This document shows positions 9,930 through 19,441 of a stretch of DNA of 64,000 nt, one piece after another. Positions within the stretch are counted from its first letter, which is position 1; each line of letters starts with the position of its first letter. Source of the DNA: a virus (lineage: Duplodnaviria; Heunggongvirae; Uroviricota; Caudoviricetes); the IMG/VR virus record IMGVR_UViG_3300026549_001031; one strand, given 5' to 3'. Made by a program: the position numbers and the translations under genes. The notes beneath the pieces were generated by a model. It ran no database searches and had not been told where the DNA came from. It was given only the letters and a program-made list of their open reading frames with translations.

Positions 9930-11336
9930 ATGAATAAGCATATGTTTAGGTGTTTAGGCATATTGACAGTTTTTACATTACTTGTAGGAATGTTTGATAG
10001 CACTAAAATGGAGGTTTTTGCAGATAGTTATAATGTGGTTACACTGGGGGCAGATCTGTCTGAAGAGCAGAAAAACTTGATGTTCGATTACTTTGGGGTA
10101 GATACAGATAATGTTCAGGTAATTACAGTAACAAATAAGGAAGAGCATGAGCTATTGGATGATGTAGCAACTAAGCAACAGATTGGTACACATACGTTTA
10201 GTTGTTCATACATAGAGCCAACAGATGAGGGTGGCATTCATATTAAGACAGCTAATTTGAATTGGGTCACCTGTGATATGATTAGAAATGCATTGGTAAC
10301 AAGTGGCATTACAGATTGTAATGTCGTTTGTGCAGCACCTATTGAGGTAAGTGGTACAGGTGCACTGACAGGCATATTTAAAGCATATGAGACAGTCAGT
10401 GGTGAGGAGATGGACGGTACAAAGAAAGAGCTTGCATCTGAAGAATTAGTTGAGACAGCTGAATTAGCAGATGACATTGGTCAGGATGAAGCAAGCAATA
10501 TAATGAATGATGTTAAGCAGGATGTAATCAAAGATTCCGTTACAGATGATGATATAATCAAGGGTTTGGTAAAGAGCGCAGCTAAAACACAGGGGGTTGA
10601 ACTTAAGGATGAACAGATAGACAGTCTTGTGACATTCTTTAGTAAAATTGGTGCTTGTGATTATAACTTTGATGCAATTAAGAGTGCATATGATAGTTTA
10701 GATAAGACAGCAGCTGATGCACTAGAGAGTGCTAAAGAGACAGCTGGATTTTTAGGTAAAATCAGAGATTTCTTTAGTGACTTATGGGCTAAAATAAACG
10801 GTTCATATGAGGAAAAACAAGAGGCAGCTAAAGAAGAGCAGAAGCAAAAGAGTTTAGGTATATTGAACAATGTAAAGGATGATGTGCTTGGAGCCAAAGC
10901 AGTTGTAACAGATACAGATGGTGGAGCTAGCAGTACTGAAGAAAATAATACAAAAGAGAATAAAGAGAGTACACATAAGGAACATTGGTATGACTTCATA
11001 TTAACATGGTTTAATGCAGGAAACAATGATACAGACAGCGATAAAAAAGAGACACAAACAGAGATAAAGAGGGAGCAGACACCTAGGAAAAAGAGTAATA
11101 ACAGTTCACAAAGTGAAAACTCACAGGTTGAGGAAAATTCACAGAGTGATAAGAACAGCTTAGATAAAGCAGGCAGTCAATCAAATAGCGATGAGAGCTC
11201 AAATAAAAATGAGAATGACAAGGGAAACTTAGGGTATGTCACTTATGATGTAGAAAATGCAAATAAAGAGAGCACAGGGCAGGATAACAATAGTAAGGGG
11301 TCACAGGATAATTCGTTTGACAGCTTGGTGCAATAG
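9930..11336 (+). CDS. Secreted DUF1002 (YpuA-like) protein with low-complexity acidic/Ser tail
   Basis: Signal peptide; VVTLGADLS, VTNKEEH, NALVTSGI and APIEVSGTGALTGIFKAYE motifs. Confidence 0.8.
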   Translation: MNKHMFRCLGILTVFTLLVGMFDSTKMEVFADSYNVVTLGADLSEEQKNLMFDYFGVDTDNVQVITVTNKEEHELLDDVATKQQIGTHTFSCSYIEPTDEGGIHIKTANLNWVTCDMIRNALVTSGITDCNVVCAAPIEVSGTGALTGIFKAYETVSGEEMDGTKKELASEELVETAELADDIGQDEASNIMNDVKQDVIKDSVTDDDIIKGLVKSAAKTQGVELKDEQIDSLVTFFSKIGACDYNFDAIKSAYDSLDKTAADALESAKETAGFLGKIRDFFSDLWAKINGSYEEKQEAAKEEQKQKSLGILNNVKDDVLGAKAVVTDTDGGASSTEENNTKENKESTHKEHWYDFILTWFNAGNNDTDSDKKETQTEIKREQTPRKKSNNSSQSENSQVEENSQSDKNSLDKAGSQSNSDESSNKNENDKGNLGYVTYDVENANKESTGQDNNSKGSQDNSFDSLVQ

Positions 11337-11463
11337 CAGTGGAACTTAAATATGGTCTGAACTATACCTTTTAGATGCTGAACTATGACTATAATATATG
11401 CATTGGTTTCAAATTAAAGTAGTTTTAATAAATAAAAAATTAAGTTAATTGGAGGTCAGTGTT

Positions 11464-12075
11464 ATGGCATTAGTAATGAAGATAGTAGGCATTAGTAACA
11501 AAAAGAACGGCATGAATTATTCTGTGGCTGATGGCAGTAGAGAACCTGATGGATCATTAAGAACAATGCAGGTCAACAAGTATCAGATTGTAAGTGCAGT
11601 ACTTGGAGGCAATAACATTTGTAATGTTAGGCTTAACAAGAAAGGGTTTGGCATTAAGCAGGATGATAACAGAGTGAAATATGTGCAGGTAGACTTTGAT
11701 TCTAATACAAGGGTACTTGTAAATAATTACATTGCACAGAGAAAAGCTGCTGAGGAGGCAGTTAGAGAAGAGAGTAGACGTAGAAAAGCTGAAGAAGAGA
11801 AGAAACAAAGGATCAATGTGCATGTAGAAATCAATGGTAACAAGGGGCAGAGTACAGCAATACATTATCATGGAGATTACTACTCTAGTCCTGAGAGATT
11901 ATGCAAGAAGTTCAATGCAGATCCACATAAGTTTATTGAGTTATACAATAAAGGATACTCTATTGATGAGGCACTTGGACTTAAGAAATTAAGACCTATC
12001 GAGGAAGTAAGAAAGACAGCAGCTAGAAGAGCAAAGTTACTTGATAGTATGTCAGCTAGTCGTGGCGAATGTTAG
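11464..12075 (+). CDS. Hypothetical protein with C-terminal HTH-like DNA-binding module
   Basis: C-terminal YHGDYY...KGYSIDEALG resembles the tail of HNH homing endonucleases; ATG behind GGAGG. Confidence 0.6.
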   Translation: MALVMKIVGISNKKNGMNYSVADGSREPDGSLRTMQVNKYQIVSAVLGGNNICNVRLNKKGFGIKQDDNRVKYVQVDFDSNTRVLVNNYIAQRKAAEEAVREESRRRKAEEEKKQRINVHVEINGNKGQSTAIHYHGDYYSSPERLCKKFNADPHKFIELYNKGYSIDEALGLKKLRPIEEVRKTAARRAKLLDSMSASRGEC

Positions 12076-12095
12076 TTTAGTTAGGAGGTATACAC

Positions 12096-12809
12096 ATGTT
12101 AAGGGTTTGGGTTACAAATAAATTACTTGACAACAATACAGGAAAACTTGTGGGCTATGTAATTAGCGATGTTGATACAGGTCAAACAATGAGAGTTGCA
12201 AAGGATCAGTTAAAGATGGCAGTAATCAATAAGCAGTGTGAGTGTATGAATATGACACTTACATGTGATGGTAGACTTATTGGAAAAGCATCTAGGTTAC
12301 CTGCAAACGCAGCTAATATGGAGTTTGCTAGCAGAAATGCAGTGGCTAATACTAGCATACCTGTGATTGATGCAGTATTGACTAATGGTAGAGGAATTGG
12401 AGCAGTACGAATTAAAGATGCAACAGGTAATTCAAGCTTTATGAGTGGATTGATTGCAAAGAATAGTTTAGCATCTGGCACTATTGTAGGAGATGTGCAA
12501 AATGTTCCTCGCAGATCATATAGTAAGTTTAGAAATACCTTTATCAATAATTGCAAATGCAGTGATAAAGATTTTGCAGTCAGCAAAGTTGGAAGTTCAC
12601 ACAGTACAGATTATGTAGTACAGGGACCATTTGATGCTATTAGCAGTGTAATAGTTGAGAATGGCTTACTCTCAAACAAGATTAAGCCTGTTGAATATTT
12701 AAGTGCAGACACATTAAGGGTTCAGTGCTTAACTGGAGTAAATGATGTACGTAAAGCAGTTAAGGATGCATTTAGAAAAGCAGAGGCAGCCAAAAAGAAA
12801 AGGGCTTAA
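12096..12809 (+). CDS. Hypothetical protein
   Basis: ORF with AGGAGGT RBS. Confidence 0.7.
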   Translation: MLRVWVTNKLLDNNTGKLVGYVISDVDTGQTMRVAKDQLKMAVINKQCECMNMTLTCDGRLIGKASRLPANAANMEFASRNAVANTSIPVIDAVLTNGRGIGAVRIKDATGNSSFMSGLIAKNSLASGTIVGDVQNVPRRSYSKFRNTFINNCKCSDKDFAVSKVGSSHSTDYVVQGPFDAISSVIVENGLLSNKIKPVEYLSADTLRVQCLTGVNDVRKAVKDAFRKAEAAKKKRA

Positions 12810-12953
12810 GACACTAGATTAGGTTTAGCTAGTATGTGGAGATTGAGACAGGGCAGTAATTGGGGCATACATCAAAAAATTGGTGTATGTCCTAATTTTA
12901 TGCTTGTGTATATATGAAAATATATTTATTTTTATTTTAAGTGAGGTAAGATT

Positions 12954-14066
12954 ATGCATTGTGTGTTGTATTTCAATCAGTGGTTTTCATCTATAGGAAA
13001 TATTATAAAAAAGATTAAGGAGACAAATCCTGGTGTTTATGTAATTGCATCTTCTAAAAATCCTGATCATGTGTATAAAGCCTTTGTAGACAAGTTTATT
13101 GTGGAAGAGGACTATGCAAATGTAGATGATTACATTGATTTTGTAGTAAATACTTGTAAGGAAAATAAGGTAAACTTATTCTTTGTGAAAGCTAAGCAGT
13201 TAGAAATTGCAAAGAACAAGGATAAGTTTAATGAGATAGGGACAGGGCTTGTGCTTGAAAATTATGATACATTGGAGAAATTAAGTAGCAAGGCAGATGT
13301 TTATGCTAGACTTGGGGAGGTAGACTTCCTTAAATGGCTGATACCTGACTATTACATTTCGAACAAATATCATAACACTAATCATAGTTGGGTGTGGCAA
13401 TCTATAGAAAATGAAACATTTTGTTTCAAATATGATAGTGATGAGGGTGGCATGTCATTTAGGAGAGTGAGAGACATTAGCTTAAATATAGATACACTTA
13501 GAGATCAGCAATCTAACATAGTGAGTAAGGAACAAGCAATTAATATGATTAAGAATGCAAGCAGGGAACAATTGAACAAAGTATTGTTTATGGAGATACT
13601 TGATTCACCTGAAATCAGCGTTGATTGCTATAATAGTAAGAAGGGGTTCATAGCAGTATGTAGATGTAAGGAGCAAAGAAAACAGAGAGTATTCTATAAC
13701 GAACTATTGTATTACATATGCAAGGAGATTGCTAATACATATGAGTTTAAGGGTCCTTTCAATGTGCAGTTTAGGTTTAAGCATGGGTCAGATACAGACA
13801 GCTTAACAAATATCAGGTTGCTCGAGATAAATCCTAGAATGTCAGGTGGTTTATACTATCTTGCAGCAGTAGGTTTGGATATTGCACAGGCAGTATTAAA
13901 GGATGCATTAGATGAAAAGGGAATAGGCACTGATATAAGAGATTATAATATTGATGAGTTTAGAAATTTCAAGGATAAATATGTGACATACATTGAACAT
14001 GCAGTAGTGTTGCAGGGTAAAAATAGAGAAATAGACTTAGTGGAGGTTAGGAACAGTGGAAAATAA
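12954..14066 (+). CDS. ATP-grasp amide ligase (Ter-associated)
   Basis: YFNQWFS N-terminus, CFKY..EGGMSFR, PEISVDC, NVQFR, LLEINPRMSGG. Confidence 0.85.
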   Translation: MHCVLYFNQWFSSIGNIIKKIKETNPGVYVIASSKNPDHVYKAFVDKFIVEEDYANVDDYIDFVVNTCKENKVNLFFVKAKQLEIAKNKDKFNEIGTGLVLENYDTLEKLSSKADVYARLGEVDFLKWLIPDYYISNKYHNTNHSWVWQSIENETFCFKYDSDEGGMSFRRVRDISLNIDTLRDQQSNIVSKEQAINMIKNASREQLNKVLFMEILDSPEISVDCYNSKKGFIAVCRCKEQRKQRVFYNELLYYICKEIANTYEFKGPFNVQFRFKHGSDTDSLTNIRLLEINPRMSGGLYYLAAVGLDIAQAVLKDALDEKGIGTDIRDYNIDEFRNFKDKYVTYIEHAVVLQGKNREIDLVEVRNSGK

Positions 14067-14658
14067 ACAGAGACAGCAGGAAAATGAAAACATGCAGGAT
14101 ACGGAAGAGGTGAGGCATAATAAGAAAAAAGTAAGTACAGCTCAATTAATAGGCAGGGAACTTATGAAATTTGTACTTGCAATAGCAATTACAGCTGGTC
14201 TAACATTTTTGTCAATAAGATACATTGCTCAAATTGTTGACGTGTCTGGTGATAGTATGAATAACACTTTGCATGATGGGCAGACATTATGGATAAATAA
14301 GTTTGACAAACAATATGATAGGTTTGACATTATAGTGTTTAGACATGGTGCATCAGTAGATGATGATGGATATGCAATTGGGGATGAGAATCTTATAAAA
14401 AGAGTAATTGGACTTCCTGGAGAGACAGTCAGGATTGATGAAAAAGGCAGAATATACATCAATGGTGATGAGCTCAACGAGAACTATGGAAAAGATACCA
14501 TTGATGATCCTGGTCGAGCAGTTAAAGAAGTAAAATTAGCAGATGATGAATACTTTGTACTTGGAGATAACAGAAATGACAGTTTAGATTCAAGATATGA
14601 AGTAGTTGGGAACATTAAGAAGTCTGATATAATTGGAAAATTATTTAAGAAGTACTAG
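14056..14658 (+). CDS. lepB: Signal peptidase I
   Basis: TM helix, VSGDSMNNTL (Ser), RFDIIVF, IKRVIGLPGE (Lys), YFVLGDNRNDSLDSR. Confidence 0.93.
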   Translation: MENKQRQQENENMQDTEEVRHNKKKVSTAQLIGRELMKFVLAIAITAGLTFLSIRYIAQIVDVSGDSMNNTLHDGQTLWINKFDKQYDRFDIIVFRHGASVDDDGYAIGDENLIKRVIGLPGETVRIDEKGRIYINGDELNENYGKDTIDDPGRAVKEVKLADDEYFVLGDNRNDSLDSRYEVVGNIKKSDIIGKLFKKY

Positions 14659-14661
14659 TAT

Positions 14662-14690
14662 TTGTAAATTTCAATAAAAAGTGATATAAT
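14662..14690 (+). promoter_or_regulatory. Promoter with extended -10
   Basis: TTGTAA-17bp-TATAAT with TG extension. Confidence 0.6.
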
Positions 14691-14706
14691 ATAGGAGAAA
14701 GCTAAA

Positions 14707-15975
14707 ATGAGAAATGATGATGTAAGAAAGTATGTTAATAACATTGTAGAAAGGGAGGGCATGAACATAGGGAAGTTTATCACAGTCGAGAAAAGGGATA
14801 AAAACACTAAGAGAGATTTTCTATTCGTTAACAAAGAGCAGTGTAAGCATATACCTTGTAAGGCAAGTGACATGATTGATATGTGTAAAGCACTTGGAGA
14901 AGGAGTTGCAAGCATACTCAAAGAAAGAAAATCAAAGAGTTGTTTAGTTATAGGCTTTGCAGAGACAGCAACAGCAATTGGACAGATTGTGGCAGACACA
15001 TTAGATTTTGGCGTTAAGCAGTGTGCAGTAAAATACACCGTGACTACAAGAGAAGATGTACAAGGAACAGAAAACTTACTAACATTCGAGGAAGAGCATA
15101 GTCATGCAACAACTCAAAAACTGCTTTGTGTAGAGGGTGTTACAGACAATGATATTTCTGATTATGACACAGTAGTGTTTGTAGATGATGAATTAACTAC
15201 GGGAAATACAATCATAAACTTTATAAAAGCATTAAAGTCAAAGAGTAAGACAGAATTTAATGGACACTTCGTTGTAGCTAGTGTCTGTAATTGGCAGGAT
15301 AAGGCATCAAAAAAGAGATTTGAAGGACATGGAATTGAAACAGTTGCATTGTTTAGTGGTGAGATTGCAGACGTAAATGCAAAAGTCATTGGAGAATACA
15401 GTGAAAACAGTGGTTTGATGGAGTATGTACCTAGTAGTTCAAATGTCACATACCTTGACTTGAGAGATACAGAGTACAAAGAAATGATGTTTGAGTCATC
15501 TAGAGTAGTAGATGATATCATGTACAAAAGAGAGTATGCAGTGGAAACATGTGATAAAATACTTGATCTGCTTGGAGTAGACATTAGAAATAATGGATAT
15601 AAACATATAAGAGTGATTGGTACAGAGGAGTTTATGTATGTACCTATTAAACTTGCACTTGGACTTGAGAAAACAGTAAAGGGCGGTGTTGATGTAGTAT
15701 GTCAGGCAACTACAAGAAGTAGTATTGCAGTGTCAAAAGAGCATAGTAGCTTTAAGGATAGTATTGTATGCAAGTCAAAAGTGAGCAGCGTGTACAGTAA
15801 AGATAGAAATACATACATATACAATTTAGTACATAGAGCAAAAGGTGGCAGCACAGAGAGAGAGCAGGAGTTAGTACTTCTGATAACAGATAGTAGCAAT
15901 GAGAAGCAGGTAAAGAAGCTTAGCGAAGAATTGAGTGGACTTACAAATAGCAAGGTTTATGCAATATTAGTTTAA
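14707..15975 (+). CDS. Phosphoribosyltransferase + TRSP domain protein (Ter-associated)
   Basis: VIGFAETATAIG, FEEEHSHAT, PRPP loop VFVDDELTTGNT, GTEEFMY, QATTRS. Confidence 0.88.
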   Translation: MRNDDVRKYVNNIVEREGMNIGKFITVEKRDKNTKRDFLFVNKEQCKHIPCKASDMIDMCKALGEGVASILKERKSKSCLVIGFAETATAIGQIVADTLDFGVKQCAVKYTVTTREDVQGTENLLTFEEEHSHATTQKLLCVEGVTDNDISDYDTVVFVDDELTTGNTIINFIKALKSKSKTEFNGHFVVASVCNWQDKASKKRFEGHGIETVALFSGEIADVNAKVIGEYSENSGLMEYVPSSSNVTYLDLRDTEYKEMMFESSRVVDDIMYKREYAVETCDKILDLLGVDIRNNGYKHIRVIGTEEFMYVPIKLALGLEKTVKGGVDVVCQATTRSSIAVSKEHSSFKDSIVCKSKVSSVYSKDRNTYIYNLVHRAKGGSTEREQELVLLITDSSNEKQVKKLSEELSGLTNSKVYAILV

Positions 15976-15992
15976 TTAGGAGGACAGTTAAA

Positions 15993-17198
15993 ATGAGACA
16001 GTTTGGCATGATTACAGAGGATGGAACATGTAACAAGAAGTTGATGGACATGGATAAGTTGGTTAAGACATCCTACAAGAAAGAGGACGTGGTGGTTTTA
16101 CTGAAAAACCTATCTGATTGTATGAAAGAACTTCCAACAGAAGAGAGGGAAAAACTTATTCAGAGCGGTGTACATTACAGTGAAATGTTACCTCAGGAGA
16201 AGGCACCTTCAGCAGAATATGAAGCATTATATGAAAAAGCACTTGCAAACAAGAAATTGGAAATTGCAAATGATATTGCAGTTGTGTCAGAGATGATCCT
16301 GGATGAGTCGTTGTATAAAGAGATGGGGCATGTGCCTGTAATTATTAGTTTGGCACGAGCAGGTTTACCTGTAGGTATCCTCATTAAGAGATATCTTAAA
16401 TACAAGTACAATATTGATTGTCCTCACTATGGAATTTCAATTATTCGTGATAAAGGAATCGACAAGAATGCTATGGAGTACATCTATAAAACAGAATGCA
16501 TCGAGCATGGCAATTCAGTTATGAACATGTTCTTTGTTGATGGTTGGACAGGAAAAGGTGTAATTGATCAGCAGGTTAAAGAGGCAGTTGCAGACTTGGC
16601 AAAAGAGGACTCTAAGAAATGGGGCATGTTGAGTGATGAGTTGTACGTGCTGGCAGATCCTGCTAACATTCTGGAGGGTTGTGGTACACATGAGGATTAC
16701 TTATTACCTAGTGCTTGCTTGAACAGTACAGTAAGTGGTCTGACCAGTAGAACAATTCTGAATCAGCATATCAATGTTGAGGATGGAGACTTTCATGGTG
16801 CTGTTTACTTCAACAAGTTTGAGGATATCGACAAGAGTAATGAGTTTATCGACACTGTTTCAAATGAGTTCCCTCATACAGAAGAAGTAACAGTGGACAA
16901 AATTAACAGTATGAAACCTGAAGAGGGCTGGACAGGCATGAGTATTGTGCAGGACATTTGTAAGTTAATGAATGTACCTGACTATAAAAAAGTTAAGCCT
17001 GGTATTGGAGAAACAACAAGAGTGTTGTTGCGTAGAGTACCTTGGAAAGTACTTATCAATAAGGACATTAGTGAGGATGACCCTGACATTCAGCATATTT
17101 TGGTACTTTGTAGAGAAAAGAAGATTCCTACAATGAGATGGGATTTAGGACATTATAAAGTGTGTGGAATCATTAAGGAATTGAGTGCAGATGCTTAA
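15993..17198 (+). CDS. StiP-family / PRTase-like + PELOTA RNA-binding domain protein (Ter-associated)
   Basis: HYSEMLP, SLARAG, ISIIRDKGID, FVDGWTGKG, PSACLNSTVSGL, KPGIGETTRVLLRRVPWKVL. Confidence 0.88.
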   Translation: MRQFGMITEDGTCNKKLMDMDKLVKTSYKKEDVVVLLKNLSDCMKELPTEEREKLIQSGVHYSEMLPQEKAPSAEYEALYEKALANKKLEIANDIAVVSEMILDESLYKEMGHVPVIISLARAGLPVGILIKRYLKYKYNIDCPHYGISIIRDKGIDKNAMEYIYKTECIEHGNSVMNMFFVDGWTGKGVIDQQVKEAVADLAKEDSKKWGMLSDELYVLADPANILEGCGTHEDYLLPSACLNSTVSGLTSRTILNQHINVEDGDFHGAVYFNKFEDIDKSNEFIDTVSNEFPHTEEVTVDKINSMKPEEGWTGMSIVQDICKLMNVPDYKKVKPGIGETTRVLLRRVPWKVLINKDISEDDPDIQHILVLCREKKIPTMRWDLGHYKVCGIIKELSADA

Positions 17199-17250
17199 GG
17201 TTTAAAGGTTTGGACATAAAAGACATAAAGGACTAGGAGCAGTTGGTAGA

Positions 17251-17817
17251 ATGATGGTTAAGAACAACATTAAATATGTGCTTGAGCAGTATCAAGGGAA
17301 TTTAAGCTCACCTGTAATTGTTTATATTGTCACTAAAGATAATGGTATATACATTGGTCATAAGGCAAAGGACATTGCAGGTGGATATGATGTAACATGG
17401 TGTTGCAAAATGGAGCATCAGGATAAGTATGACAGACATGAAAGTATTGTTTCTATACTTAAGGAAGTAGGGAAGGATAACAGTACAAAAGTAGTTTATT
17501 CAGGTCAGAACAAGGGTAAGCAGGGAGATGATGTACCTGCTTTACTCTATAACATAGAGGGTTCAGTTCACAAGCATAACAGAAAAATGTATGAGCAGGT
17601 TGTACTTGAGAATTTTAATAGAGAAGCATGTGCTAGACTTGACGAGGCAATGATGAGTATGAGAGGGCCTCAGTTAGTGGAAGAGCAGAGAAAGAATGTG
17701 AGATCAAAATTAAAAGAGAGTGAGATCACTGAATTACATGGAATCAACAGTAAATTAGAAGCAGCTGGCATGGTAGTTGAGGGTAAAGAGAATTTAGATA
17801 TCAAGGTAGACTTTTAG
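17251..17817 (+). CDS. Hypothetical protein
   Basis: ORF in operon with AGGAG RBS. Confidence 0.65.
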   Translation: MMVKNNIKYVLEQYQGNLSSPVIVYIVTKDNGIYIGHKAKDIAGGYDVTWCCKMEHQDKYDRHESIVSILKEVGKDNSTKVVYSGQNKGKQGDDVPALLYNIEGSVHKHNRKMYEQVVLENFNREACARLDEAMMSMRGPQLVEEQRKNVRSKLKESEITELHGINSKLEAAGMVVEGKENLDIKVDF

Positions 17818-17832
17818 AGCAGGAGAAATAAC

Positions 17833-18633
17833 ATGAAGAAACATATATTATATGCATCTGACTTGGATAGAACACTCATTTTTTCAAAAAGATTCATAGA
17901 TGAAAGTAATTTTAAGGGTGCTTATGAACTTGTAGAGACAAAGACAAACGAGGATGGTAGCATTGAGAAAATTTCATATATGTCACCATCTGTTAAAGAG
18001 GGCATTCAGGAATTGAATAGCAATGATCAGATTACATTTGTACCTGTGACAAGCAGAAGCCTGGAGGAGTATAACAGAGTCAAATTAGGGTTTGTACCTG
18101 AATATGCAATAGTAGCAAATGGAGGACTTATTATTCATAATGGAGAGATCGTTAAAGAGTGGAGTGAGTACATTAGAAAGAATGTGAGTCTACCTAGGTT
18201 AATGCAATTAAGCATGGAATTATCAGAGTTTAAGAGCTTAGATCCTGATAGGATGCCTAGGTTAATTGATGGATGTTACTTATTTACAAAAACAGTTCAT
18301 CATCAGAAATTTGATGAGGAGGCAGATGCTATTTCAGTAGCATATGAGGATATTGACTTTACACGTCAGGGTAATAAATGTTACCTTATTCCTAAATGCT
18401 TTTCTAAACAGGTGGCATTAAGGTGGTTGTGGAACAAGTTAAACAAACCTTATATCATTGCATCTGGGGATAGTCAGTTAGATTTACCTATGTTGGCACT
18501 GGCTAACAAGGCTATCATTCCTGATCATGGTGCTTTAATTAAAGAGGGCATTGTGACAGACGCTAGGACAGTGTCAGGTGGAGTGGAGAGTCCTTTGAGA
18601 ACAATTGAGTTTATCAAGGGATTTTTAGAATAG
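17833..18633 (+). CDS. HAD-superfamily phosphatase (Ter-associated, Cof/SPP-like)
   Basis: ASDLDRTLIFS, VPVTSRS, ANGG, SK, ASGDSQLDLPML. Confidence 0.88.
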   Translation: MKKHILYASDLDRTLIFSKRFIDESNFKGAYELVETKTNEDGSIEKISYMSPSVKEGIQELNSNDQITFVPVTSRSLEEYNRVKLGFVPEYAIVANGGLIIHNGEIVKEWSEYIRKNVSLPRLMQLSMELSEFKSLDPDRMPRLIDGCYLFTKTVHHQKFDEEADAISVAYEDIDFTRQGNKCYLIPKCFSKQVALRWLWNKLNKPYIIASGDSQLDLPMLALANKAIIPDHGALIKEGIVTDARTVSGGVESPLRTIEFIKGFLE

Positions 18634-18641
18634 ACATATAC

Positions 18642-18670
18642 TTGTAAAAATCAAGTTTTTGTGATATAAT
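18642..18670 (+). promoter_or_regulatory. Promoter with extended -10
   Basis: TTGTAA-17bp-TATAAT with TG extension. Confidence 0.6.
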
Positions 18671-18702
18671 ATATAAGAAAAGTTAAGAAAGGAGTAAATA
18701 AT

Positions 18703-18981
18703 ATGATCGACTATGAGGAAAGATTAGAGCGTCAGCTCAACGAAAGATTAGCAGAGGCCAAGAAAGGATATGCAGAAGACTGTGAGGCAAGATATGCAGA
18801 AAGATTCGCAGAGGCCAAGGAAAGATTTGAGAGAGAGGCTAAGGCAGTTGGTATGGTAGAAGTAACCAAGGACATGAATAGGTCACTGACATATAACAAG
18901 ATCATTGAAACTTTAGCAAGGAAGTACAACTGGGATGCTGAGTTAGCATCAAAAATGCATGAGCATTTTGATAATAAATAG
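18703..18981 (+). CDS. Small protein resembling the C-terminal repeat/helical tail of Rpn (YhgA-like) proteins
   Basis: Internal repeat ERLAEAK/ERFAEAK, then EAKAVGMVEV...IIETLARKYNW; own promoter and AAAGGAG RBS. Confidence 0.5.
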   Translation: MIDYEERLERQLNERLAEAKKGYAEDCEARYAERFAEAKERFEREAKAVGMVEVTKDMNRSLTYNKIIETLARKYNWDAELASKMHEHFDNK

Positions 18982-19022
18982 GAGGCAAGATTTAAGACAG
19001 GCATAAGAAGGGATAGGTCAAT

Positions 19023-19400
19023 ATGGAATATAGAATGAAACAGTCATACTTAAGTAACTACTTTTTAAGTGACACTGTAGAAAATGAGAGATACCTTGTA
19101 GAGGACATCACGAATCATATGTTCAATGCATGGAATGACAAATTGGAGGTCATGCTTAGAATTTGTGACTACTATACTTTTATGTATAGGTTTTATGAGG
19201 ATGGCTGCATTGTTCTTCAGATGGCATGTGAAAATACAAAGGACTCAGAGACAGAACGGGTTGGACATTCCGATGATACTCATTTTGAATATGAGTCATT
19301 AGATGAAATGTTGAAGGACTGGTGCAAGAGGTTAAAGGACAGTGAAGCATCTGCATTTGCAGAAGAGATAGACTTCATTGAAAATATGAAAGCAGCCTAG
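19023..19400 (+). CDS. Hypothetical protein
   Basis: ORF, acidic, codon pattern like neighbours. Confidence 0.6.
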   Translation: MEYRMKQSYLSNYFLSDTVENERYLVEDITNHMFNAWNDKLEVMLRICDYYTFMYRFYEDGCIVLQMACENTKDSETERVGHSDDTHFEYESLDEMLKDWCKRLKDSEASAFAEEIDFIENMKAA

Positions 19401-19441
19401 CAACAAAAGTGTTGCAGTAGTAAATAGGAGCATGCAGGGCA

